NCBI GenBank assembly: GCA_019358915.1
Contig: JAHHIM010000010.1
Coordinates: forward strand, 79,297 to 143,296
Reading direction: 5' to 3'
Length of the DNA: 64,000 nt
DNA from: Trichormus sp. ATA11-4-KO1
GTDB lineage: Bacteria > Cyanobacteriota > Cyanobacteriia > Cyanobacteriales > Nostocaceae
The notes below the pieces were generated by a model that worked only from the letters and a program-made list of their open reading frames with translations, was not told where the DNA came from and did not search any database. Position numbers and translations under genes: made by a program. Each line of letters starts with the position of its first letter. Position 1 is the first letter of the stretch. Positions 9,349-17,950 of this stretch are shown here, in pieces.

Positions 9349-11166
9349 ATTTTTCATTTTATCTAGCACCTCATCTACAGGTATCGCGCCTAACTCCCCA
9401 GAAGCACGGGTACGGATACTTAAGCTGTTGGATTCCACTTCTTTAGCTCCCACAACTGCCATTACGGGTATTTTTTGTTTCTCGGCATTGCGGATTAATT
9501 TACCCAGGCGATCGCCACTAGTATCGACTTCGGCACGGATACCCAAAGCCAACATTTTCGCTGCCACATCTTTGGTAAAATCTAGTTGGTCTTCTCCTAC
9601 TGGTAATAATCGAGCTTGCACTGGCGCTAACCACAAGGGGAAATCACCAGCGTATTCTTCAATCAAAATCCCAATCAGCCGTTCCAGAGAACCAAAAGGC
9701 GCACGGTGAATCATTATGGGACGTTGGCGGGAACCATCTTCAGCGACGTATTCTAAATCAAAGCGTTCAGGTAAGTTGTAATCTACCTGGACTGTTCCTA
9801 GTTGCCATTCTCGTTCTAAGGCATCACTCACAATGAAGTCTAGCTTTGGCCCATAGAAAGCCGCTTCACCAATACCTTCAAAGTGTTCCATTCCTAAGGT
9901 TTCAACGGCTCGACGAATAGCATTTTCGGCTTGGTTCCAAGCTTGATCAGATCCAATATATTTATCACTAGCAGGATCACGAAAACTGAGTCTTGCTTTG
10001 AAATTCCCCAGTTGCAGAGTTTTAATCACTGACAATATCAGATCAACCACGTTGAGGAATTCGTTATCCAATTGCTCTGGAGTCACAAAAATATGGGCAT
10101 CATCTTGAGTGAAACCCCTAACTCGCGTTAAACCGCCCAATTCTCCTGATTGTTCGTAGCGGTAAACAGTACCGAATTCTGCCAATCTGATTGGTAATTC
10201 CCGATAAGAACGTAATTCACTCTTATAAATTTGGATGTGGAAGGGGCAATTCATCGCTTTCAGGACAAAGCCCTGTTCATGCGCTGCTGCTTCCTCATCC
10301 TCTGCCATCATTGGGAAAAGGTCATCTTTATATTTTTGCCAATGTCCAGAAGTTTTGAATAAGTCAACTCTACCAATGTGAGGGGTGACAACCTGCTGGT
10401 AGCCACGTTTTAGCTGTTCTTGTTTGAGGAAGTCTTCTAAAATACTCCGCAGCAAAGTACCTTTGGGTGTCCATAAGGGTAAACCTGGCCCCACTTGTTC
10501 AGAAAATATAAATAATCCTAGTTCCTTACCGAGTTTACGATGGTCACGCCGCAAAGCTTCTTCTTTACGTCGCTTATACTCAGCAAGTTGTTCTGGACTT
10601 TCCCACGCAGTAGCATAGATGCGTTGTAACTGTGCTTTGGTTTCGTCTCCACGCCAATAAGCACCAGCAACACTTTCTAATTCAATGGCTTTGGGGTTTA
10701 ATTCGCTAGTATTTTCTACGTGAGGTCCGGCGCACAAATCCCACCATTCATTTCCTAAATGGTAAATTGTGATGGGTTCTTCTTTGATATCTGCTAGGAT
10801 TTCTAGTTTGTAAGGTTCCTGAATTCCCTGAATGCGTTTTTCGGCTTCTGTGCGGCTGACTTCTTCTCGAATCACTGGCAATTTGCGATTAATAATTTTA
10901 ACCATCTCTTTCTTGATGGCTTTTAAATCATTTTCGCTAAATGGTTCTGGACTATCAAAATCGTAGTAAAAACCGTTCTCAATCCAGGGGCCGATTGTAA
11001 CTTGCGCCTTGGGAAACAACTTTTGTACTGCCATTGCCATCACATGAGAAGCTGTGTGACGAATCTTTTTTAAGTTTTCTGATTCGCTGGTACGCGGTAA
11101 ATACATTTTTTCAGGTTGTTCTGACTGACTAAGAGATGATTTTGGCGACATCGGTTGCTGAACCAT
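9322..11166 (-). CDS. thrS: Threonine--tRNA ligase
   Basis: RHTASH, DLCAGPHV, RDHRKLG, MNCPFH, FTQDDAH, IHRAPFGS. Confidence 0.97.
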   Translation of the reverse strand: MVQQPMSPKSSLSQSEQPEKMYLPRTSESENLKKIRHTASHVMAMAVQKLFPKAQVTIGPWIENGFYYDFDSPEPFSENDLKAIKKEMVKIINRKLPVIREEVSRTEAEKRIQGIQEPYKLEILADIKEEPITIYHLGNEWWDLCAGPHVENTSELNPKAIELESVAGAYWRGDETKAQLQRIYATAWESPEQLAEYKRRKEEALRRDHRKLGKELGLFIFSEQVGPGLPLWTPKGTLLRSILEDFLKQEQLKRGYQQVVTPHIGRVDLFKTSGHWQKYKDDLFPMMAEDEEAAAHEQGFVLKAMNCPFHIQIYKSELRSYRELPIRLAEFGTVYRYEQSGELGGLTRVRGFTQDDAHIFVTPEQLDNEFLNVVDLILSVIKTLQLGNFKARLSFRDPASDKYIGSDQAWNQAENAIRRAVETLGMEHFEGIGEAAFYGPKLDFIVSDALEREWQLGTVQVDYNLPERFDLEYVAEDGSRQRPIMIHRAPFGSLERLIGILIEEYAGDFPLWLAPVQARLLPVGEDQLDFTKDVAAKMLALGIRAEVDTSGDRLGKLIRNAEKQKIPVMAVVGAKEVESNSLSIRTRASGELGAIPVDEVLDKMKNAIANFDNF

Positions 11167-11634
11167 TGGCGAAGTGATTGCAAAAAGATAATTTTAGTAG
11201 TTGAATCTGTGCAAAATCTACCCAGAGACTAGGGTATGGGGGGATAAGGAGACAGTGTTTTCAAGTGCTGCTTCAAATATAGCGAGTTTAATTACTTTAA
11301 TTACTGCTGGATGAATTAACCCTTTTCTCATAAACCACAGATGCTGAGGGTTAAGCATTAGCGCCAAAGTGAAATATTCTGCACACTAGCATGTGATGCC
11401 TAGGGTACGTTAGACTAACGCCTTGCCGAGAATCTTCCAAACCCATTCTCTGTATGGTTTCCTCTGCACATCTAGAGTTTACATAAAGCTTCTACCAATA
11501 TTAGCTTTACATTTATTTCGTAACTATCATTACAGATTTTTCCACAACCTATCCCAGGAAGGAGCATATAAGAATATTAAAAATTGTAAACAATGTTAAT
11601 ATTAGTAGAGAAGTTGGAAATATACTTTTTAGTT

Positions 11635-11952
11635 ATGCAAGACTCAAATTTACCAGGGACTGAGCTGCTGAAAACGGTATTAGAACCCTTACTGGGAGAT
11701 TTTCAGTATTGGTTCGGGCGATCGCGTCAATTGTTAGAAACCGAGCAACTCTCATTTATGAGTCACGAAGAGCAATCTGATTTACTCTTGCGAGTCAAGC
11801 AAGCGCAAGAGGAAGTAAATACAGCAAAAATGATGTTTACCGCAACTGACGGACAAGTTGGGATTGATATGAATACCTTAATGCCTTGGCATCAATTGGT
11901 AACAGAATGCTGGAATGCGTCAATGCATTTCCATCAAGCGCGAGAAGTCTGA
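11635..11952 (+). CDS. DUF2605-family protein
   Basis: LLKTVLEPLLGDFQYWF...LMPWHQLVTECW; resembles the cyanobacterial family that pairs with DUF2973. Confidence 0.75.
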   Translation: MQDSNLPGTELLKTVLEPLLGDFQYWFGRSRQLLETEQLSFMSHEEQSDLLLRVKQAQEEVNTAKMMFTATDGQVGIDMNTLMPWHQLVTECWNASMHFHQAREV

Positions 11953-12230
11953 AGTCTGGCTGCTGCTGGTTTACTTCAGCAAGCTGATTGCCACAACAGC
12001 AAGACAGTATACAAATCTCATTGATAGTAAAGAATCCTTAACATTATTTTTATTAACAAATAATGTATCCTATGCTACCGTAATCTGAATAGCGTTTGAA
12101 AATTTTTTCTAAATAAATATAGACGCACCAAGAGTGCGTCAAAACTTTAACATCGTCGTAATTCACAATATTATCGATGAAGCGTTACAGTATAAGGTTT
12201 TAAAACTTGCTGCTCCTGGAGGAAAAACCG

Positions 12231-12560
12231 ATGTTACACCTACTTTACATTCTTGCTTTTACAATCCTTGCTTTTATTGCCGTTGCTAACTTAATCCGCA
12301 ACTTGATCATGTTTAGTTTTGATCGAGAGAGAACTTATCCGTCCCAATATTCGCCAAGAGGTAATCAGAGTAATTTTGCTTATTTTTCGGCAAAAAAACA
12401 GTTTATTCCCCATCCAGAGTTATTAGATAATGCAGGTAACTTAATCAAAGAACCTTTGTTAGTCATGCGTTCTGTCAACGTTGAAGATGCTCGTCAACAG
12501 CTAGATGCTCTTTATGAAGCTTCCCCAGGACAGAAAATTGACCGTCAAGAAGAGGGTTAA
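12231..12560 (+). CDS. DUF2973-family protein
   Basis: GGAGG RBS; N-terminal TM segment, HPELLD...EPLLVMR...DARQQLDALYEASP. Confidence 0.75.
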   Translation: MLHLLYILAFTILAFIAVANLIRNLIMFSFDRERTYPSQYSPRGNQSNFAYFSAKKQFIPHPELLDNAGNLIKEPLLVMRSVNVEDARQQLDALYEASPGQKIDRQEEG

Positions 12561-12593
12561 TTTATAATAGTCATAATTTAAAATTGGTAGGAG

Positions 12594-12620
12594 TAGGGGT
12601 TGAGCATTGCTCAACCCCTA
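12594..12620. repeat. REP-like palindrome / possible terminator
   Basis: TAGGGGTTGAGCA-T-TGCTCAACCCCTA. Confidence 0.65.
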
Positions 12621-12796
12621 AAATTATTGATGTGTCAAGAGGGATAAAGGTAATCGTAATTTGTACCTAACAACCATGCGATCGCTTCTTATTCACAACC
12701 ACAAACAGGGAAACAACATTGCCAGATTTCTCATCGCTAGGGCAATATTTATTGTTCTAAGTAAAGTTAAATAATTTCTGAATCAGCACTCAGCAC

Positions 12797-12930
12797 TAAG
12801 TAGGTAGGCACAAATAAAATCAACTATGTAAAAAAGAAAAATGAATCAGCTTAAAACCCTCTTCCCTTCTGCCTCCTGCCTTCTGCCTTCTGCCTTATCC
12901 TAGCGATAAATTTTCCCACCCACCTACTTA
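12797..12930 (+). mobile_element. MITE with TAAGTAGGTRGG terminal inverted repeats, copy A
   Basis: Near-identical inverted copy at 46999-47115; internal TTCTGCC heptamers. Confidence 0.85.
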
Positions 12931-13418
12931 TTTTGGTCATGATTGTAATTATATTCGGGAAACCAGTTTTCATTTAAAATCTGCTCTAAGGAACCAATGG
13001 GTATAAGAGGAAATATATCAATTATTAGTTGAGTGCGATCGCTTGCTTCTTTTCTCGCTTCTTCATAACATTCATCAAATATTTCTAATATGTAAGGTTT
13101 TAAACTAGGACTATCTTGAAGTTCATCTTTTATCTGTCTACGAAATGTCCTAATTTCCCCTTTCCAATGTCCTTGATTACGTTCTCTTTCCTCATGCCAA
13201 TACTTGAGTTTTAGTAGATGTTCAAGAAGCTTAATCAATAAACTTTTAATTGCTCGCTTCTGACTCCTACCCATAGTTTCCAACTCTTCTAACAAATTAT
13301 CTAAATCAACTGAGGAAAACTGTTTCGTGCGAATTTGGTTGATAGTTATCCTCAGCCACAGATAATAATCTTGGTCGTATAGGGTTTGAGATGCTGGTTG
13401 TATTATTGGTGTCATCAT
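12924..13418 (-). CDS. DUF29-family protein
   Basis: LYDQDYYLWL...VDLDNLLEELETMGRSQKRAI...LLEHLLKL...SPSLKPY. Confidence 0.9.
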   Translation of the reverse strand: MMTPIIQPASQTLYDQDYYLWLRITINQIRTKQFSSVDLDNLLEELETMGRSQKRAIKSLLIKLLEHLLKLKYWHEERERNQGHWKGEIRTFRRQIKDELQDSPSLKPYILEIFDECYEEARKEASDRTQLIIDIFPLIPIGSLEQILNENWFPEYNYNHDQNK

Positions 13419-13607
13419 ACACTAGCGGCACTCCTACTATTTTTTTACTTTAGCCCAATTCCTGAATTGAGTTGGTTAGCAGATGAAAAAACGTGTTTGT
13501 AGTAAGCACTTGAGTGCTGAGAATATCAAGGACTAAAGTCCTTACTACAAACAAAAATTTCAAAATCCCAAAGTAAAAGCCTCTTGACTTCCGCGCAGCA
13601 GTACTAG

Positions 13608-15899
13608 TTACGCTTCGATAACCACCCGGAGGTTACCGCGTTTTTTGGCAACGCGACAAGCGGTAGTGCTACCAGAACGCTCAAATTCTAAATCTAGTAT
13701 GGTGGGGCCGACTCGTAAATTATGTAATGACAGCCGATTAATTGATTCTGGCAAAGCGGGGTCAATAATGCGCAAGCAGTTATTTTGAGCGTCGGGTACT
13801 AAGTTGACTACCATTTGTAGTAGTTGAAATATAGTACCAGTAGCCCAAGCTTGTGGTGTACAAGCAACTGGATATTGGACAGGTGTATGATGACCATTAC
13901 GTTCGTAACCGCAGAAAAGTTCTGGAGGACGTTGTAAGGGTTGTTGGCTAGTCATATCGAACAAACCTTGGAATACTTCTAAAGCTTGATCGATTAAACC
14001 GAGCGATCGCAATCCCATTGCAATCAGAGAATTATCATGAGGCCAAACTGAACCGATGTGATAGCCCATAGGATTATAAGCTGGGGACAAACTGCTCAAA
14101 GTCCTAATACCCCAACCATTAAACATATCTGGTGCGCGCAATCTCTCTGCCACACTATAGGCTTTTTCGGGTGTGAAAATGCCCAAATTCAAACAGTGAC
14201 CAGGATTAGATGTAATACTCTCTACTTGTTTACCATCTCCATCTAAAGCTAAAGCACAGAAATCTTGGTCTTCTATCCAAAAGTCTTTATTAAAACGCAC
14301 CTTGAGGTTTCTCGCCTCATCTAGCCAGCGTTCAGCCAAGTCAAGCCGCTTCTTCATCCTGGCTATTTCTGCTAGGCGAATTTTTGCTGCGTAGACGTAA
14401 GCTTGTACTTCACTTAGAGCGATCGGCCCGTTGGCTAACTCTCCTTTGCGGTCTACAATACAGTCACCAGAATCTTTCCATCCTTGGTTAGCTAGACCGC
14501 GTTTAGATTTACGGTAGTAGGTGAGATAACTGGTTTGTTGGAGATGGCGATCAATCCACTCCATCGCCGCTAGAGCATTCGGCCAAAGTTTCTCTAGGGT
14601 TTCTTGATCATGAGTCCAAGCGTAGTATTCAGCATACAACATCAACCACAGAGGTGTGGCATCAACTGTGCCGTAGTAGGGTGTATGCGGAATTTCTTGA
14701 CAACGAGCCATTTCCCCGAACCGCAACTCGTGCAAAATCTTACCTGGTTCTTCTTCGCGCCAGTCATCCTCGGTTTTACCTTGGTATGATGCTAGTATCA
14801 TTAGGGTTTCTTTGGCAATTTGGGGATTTAACATCAAGGTTTGGGAAGCTGTAATCAGCGAATCCCGCCCGAATAATGCCGAAAACCAAGGCACACCTGC
14901 GGAAACAGTCTTATTCTTGCCAAAAGACTGACGCAATAAATACATATCTTGCTCGGCTCGCTCAATCACACGATTGAAGATACTTTTATCTGATCTAATC
15001 TGTGTAATTTGCTGTACCCAGTGCTGCTCTTCCATCAACTCAGCAGCTTTGGCTTGTCCTAAGGTAAAAGCTGCACTCACCGTGGAACTTGGCTTGTTGT
15101 TGGTCAACATATTCAATCGATAGCCCAGTTTTTGGGTTTCGTGAGAAGCCAAATCCAACCGCCAAACCGCAGTGTAACCTTTGAAATAGTCTGGTTGGCG
15201 ATGCTGGAATTGGATACGAGATTCCATCAGTAAGCCGTCTAAACCTTGATAGGCCAATGTCAAGGATTTTTCTGGCTGTGCGGGGGGTTGACTATGTAAG
15301 GGCGAAATCCCATCACCGACAAAATGTGCCCCTTCCGCAAACGCAGGTTCCATTAAGCGTAAAAGTCTACCCCGTTGTGATCTTTGGGCACCGCGAACTT
15401 CAAATAAATCAACAAAATCGGCATCAAAGCTAATACTTAATTCAAAACTGACGGTAGTTGTGCTGTAATTAGACACCTCTATTTCTTCAAATAGTGCCCC
15501 ATTGAGAACTATTTCCCGGCGAATTCCCACAGTCTCGGCTCTTAGGTGTTCGTCAATTCTCGGGTTAGTACACAGAACTGACAGTGAAAACCCTTTTTCA
15601 GCAGTACTGCTGAGGAGAATAGGCGATCGCCCTTCAATTTGCAACTCCAGACGATTGAGAAACCGGGTATCACAGCAAAATAGTCCCACGCTGGGGTTAC
15701 CATCGTTGAGGGAACAACCAGAAATGTTCCCCATTGTATCCGTCACCAAAAATAAATCATCATCTTTAGCCGTCAGAGTTGGTTGTGGTTTTTCACCTAC
15801 AACACAAGGCCACTCCGAGATAGATAATTGTTCTGCGGGAATAAAAGTTTTTCCATCCAGGAAGATTGTTTCCGGGGTTATTAGTGTATCCGGTGTCAT
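13608..15899 (-). CDS. Amylo-alpha-1,6-glucosidase (glycogen debranching enzyme family)
   Basis: AGVPWFSALFGRD, EEPGKILHE, NQGWKDSGD, YHIGSVWPHDN, PQAWA. Confidence 0.9.
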   Translation of the reverse strand: MTPDTLITPETIFLDGKTFIPAEQLSISEWPCVVGEKPQPTLTAKDDDLFLVTDTMGNISGCSLNDGNPSVGLFCCDTRFLNRLELQIEGRSPILLSSTAEKGFSLSVLCTNPRIDEHLRAETVGIRREIVLNGALFEEIEVSNYSTTTVSFELSISFDADFVDLFEVRGAQRSQRGRLLRLMEPAFAEGAHFVGDGISPLHSQPPAQPEKSLTLAYQGLDGLLMESRIQFQHRQPDYFKGYTAVWRLDLASHETQKLGYRLNMLTNNKPSSTVSAAFTLGQAKAAELMEEQHWVQQITQIRSDKSIFNRVIERAEQDMYLLRQSFGKNKTVSAGVPWFSALFGRDSLITASQTLMLNPQIAKETLMILASYQGKTEDDWREEEPGKILHELRFGEMARCQEIPHTPYYGTVDATPLWLMLYAEYYAWTHDQETLEKLWPNALAAMEWIDRHLQQTSYLTYYRKSKRGLANQGWKDSGDCIVDRKGELANGPIALSEVQAYVYAAKIRLAEIARMKKRLDLAERWLDEARNLKVRFNKDFWIEDQDFCALALDGDGKQVESITSNPGHCLNLGIFTPEKAYSVAERLRAPDMFNGWGIRTLSSLSPAYNPMGYHIGSVWPHDNSLIAMGLRSLGLIDQALEVFQGLFDMTSQQPLQRPPELFCGYERNGHHTPVQYPVACTPQAWATGTIFQLLQMVVNLVPDAQNNCLRIIDPALPESINRLSLHNLRVGPTILDLEFERSGSTTACRVAKKRGNLRVVIEA

Positions 15900-16370
15900 T
15901 AGCACAAGTTCCGTTTACAGGTCTATGTCAATAGGGTCAACAGGGAAAAGTCGCGCTGGAAGACTCTTTCAAGCCAAAAGTCAAATTAATAATCACATAT
16001 TGTTGCCAAAGGAGCAGGCATCAAACCTACACAACAAATCCTTATAAGAGTATATTTTTTATATCTGAAGTCAAGGTGGAAATATGATGATTTTTATCTG
16101 ATTAATCTACCACTCAAGCTTATAGGGCACAATGTACAGGGAATACTTAGTCAAGATACTCAAGGCACATTTTTTTGCCAACAAACTTATTCTTCACTCA
16201 GGAAGGAAGCACTATTTTTTGAAAGCCCAAATGTCAAGTTAGATACTTCACTCAAATAAACTTTGGCGCAGGCTGATAGTAGAGATGTCTGTTATACTGC
16301 TGGGCTGTTGGTGGGGGCGCAGCCGCAAGGTTGTCGGTTGGATGGTACAAAACTTAATCTAAAATCCAGC

Positions 16371-16402
16371 TTGACCTTGTACTTAGGTATAGGGTTTATC
16401 CT
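16371..16402 (+). promoter_or_regulatory. MerR-type promoter/operator
   Basis: -35 TTGACC (16371), 20-bp spacer, -10 TATCCT (16397); dyad ACCTTGTAC-TTAG-GTATAGGGT (7/9 symmetric). Confidence 0.8.
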
Positions 16403-16440
16403 TAAAGCATCCAGATCACTGCATCGGCGGAGTATTCAGG

Positions 16441-16846
16441 ATGCTGCAAGTTGGCAAGGTCTCCCGCAAAGTGGGACAAAGTGGGACAAACTCTATATTT
16501 CTATGAGCGCATTGGATTAATTCCAAAGCCCAAGAGAACTGAATCAGGCTATCGCTTGTACGAGGAGCAAGATATAGAGCGATTAGCCTTTATTACTCGT
16601 GCCAAAGCACTAGGCTTAACCCTTGAGGAGATCAAAGAGGTCTTATTACTTCAAAACGGCAAAGCACCTCCATGCCGCGAGGTTCATTCCAAACTGGTGA
16701 ATAAAGTCAACCAAATTGAAGAGGCGATCGCCCAGTTACAGGAATTGAAAAGTGAATTGTTACCCCTTATTCAGCATTGTGAAAATAACCTTGCTGAAGC
16801 AGGACAGTCCGCTAATTGTATTGTTTTTCAAGATAAACCGTTATGA
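16441..16846 (+). pseudogene. merR: MerR-family divalent-metal regulator, frameshifted by a 10-bp tandem repeat at 16467-16490
   Basis: ATG 16441 gives MLQVGKVSRKVG; the body QTLYFYERIGLI...SGYRLY...C-x34-C-x12-C is in the +1 frame. Confidence 0.75.
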
Positions 16847-17052
16847 AGCCAAAAGTTGCATTTTGGGCGAGTCTATCAGGGACAGCCATAGTCGCTCTAT
16901 GTTGCTTCACACCTGTTCTTGTTGTAACCCTGAGCGCGATTGGCTTCGGGGCTGTAGTGGGCTACCTAGATTACGTTTTACTACCTGCCTTAGTTGTGAT
17001 GCTGGTTATCACATTTATTTCGTATCGTCAGTACAAACACGGAGGAGTTTAA
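16843..17052 (+). CDS. merF: MerF-type mercury transporter
   Basis: GTAIVALCCFTPVLV...GYLDYVLLPAL signature; ATGA overlap with the merR stop. Confidence 0.88.
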   Translation: MKPKVAFWASLSGTAIVALCCFTPVLVVTLSAIGFGAVVGYLDYVLLPALVVMLVITFISYRQYKHGGV

Positions 17053-17054
17053 TA

Positions 17055-17546
17055 ATGACTGAATGCTGTTGTCCATCTTCATCACCTAAAGACAGTGAAT
17101 CTCGTTGGCAGCGTCTCTGCCCACAGGACGGGACAAAAGGAAAAATTGTCCAACTGATCACTTTAAAGAGTTTGCTAGTACCAAGCGCACTAGAGCAATT
17201 AGATTCAGCAAGTGCTTATGGGTTTTGTGCAAGCCCCAATTGTCCAGTTGTTTACTTTTCTGAGCAGGGGCAGACGTTCACAACTGATGATCTGAAAGTA
17301 CCTGTTTTCCAAAAAGATTTTAATGAGGATATTTCTGTTTGCTACTGTTTTGGTTGGAGTCGCCAACGCATCCGTGAAGAGTTCAGCCAGTTCAGCCAGT
17401 CAGTTGAAAGCAAGGTTATTGATATAATCACCACTCACATCAAGGCAAAACGCTGTGGCTGCGAAGTCAATAATCCTCAAGGTGCTTGTTGCTTAGGAAA
17501 TGTTAGATTAGTGACTGAACAAATCGTTGGAGAACTTGCTAAATGA
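17055..17546 (+). CDS. Cys-rich CopZ-N-terminal-like Zn/[2Fe-2S] (BFD-like) metallochaperone
   Basis: 163 aa with 12 Cys: CCC, FCASPNCPVVYF, VCYCFGW, CGCEVNNPQGACC; GGAGGA RBS. Confidence 0.8.
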   Translation: MTECCCPSSSPKDSESRWQRLCPQDGTKGKIVQLITLKSLLVPSALEQLDSASAYGFCASPNCPVVYFSEQGQTFTTDDLKVPVFQKDFNEDISVCYCFGWSRQRIREEFSQFSQSVESKVIDIITTHIKAKRCGCEVNNPQGACCLGNVRLVTEQIVGELAK

Positions 17547-17553
17547 TGTCGCA

Positions 17554-17640
17554 GTATAACAACCCGGTTGGAGCGGACTGTTGAAAGCTGCTGGCGGTGA
17601 TGCAAAAGTTAGTAGCAGCCGCTCAACCGGAACGTTGAAT
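17554..17640 (+). other. attC recombination site
   Basis: R'' GTATAAC, 5 nt, L'' GGTTGGAG (8), central region, L' CTCAACC (7), 5 nt, R' GTTGAAT. Arms CCGGTTG[G]AGCGG[A]CTG / CAGCCGCTCAACCGG leave two extrahelical bases. Starts 7 bp after the stop codon. Confidence 0.85.
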
Positions 17641-17950
17641 GTATATTGGGCGTAGTAGCTGATTATTTGAAACCTCACGATGCTAGCAAATGGATAAACA
17701 AAACTTGGGTGAAGATCAAAGCGAGTGTAACGAAATGCTACAACACACCAGGGTGGGACCAATGAATGTATTGCCATTGTTGGTCTAGGCTGGGAAATTG
17801 TTCCCACGCTGCCACTATAACTTTGTAGAAAGTGCTGTTCAAAATTCTTTACATATTCCCACTGTTTGCTGCACTTGAGAGTCCATTGTAATTTGTACAA
17901 TGCAGCTGTGACGCGAATCTTGTCCAGATTGGGCTTCTTTAACGATATTC

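Larger units (their letters stand above)
16292..17634 (+). mobile_element. Putative integron gene cassette (solo attC, no integrase in window) carrying merR-merF-FeS protein
   Basis: Starts G^TTATACTGC (16291-16300), the exact reverse complement of GCAGTATAAC (17551-17560) that opens a canonical attC. Confidence 0.75.

Noticed and set aside
9322..11166. ThrRS lacking the N-terminal TGS domain
   Set aside because: This shorter form is normal for cyanobacterial ThrRS.
15502..16047. 181-aa + strand ORF and similar antisense ORFs (e.g. 54797-55267, 53396-53668)
   Set aside because: They are shadows of well-supported genes on the opposite strand, with no motifs.
16752..17054. N-terminal 101 aa of the 264-aa ORF in the track
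   Set aside because: It overlaps merR and merF in another frame; the real start is ATG 17055 with a GGAGGA RBS.
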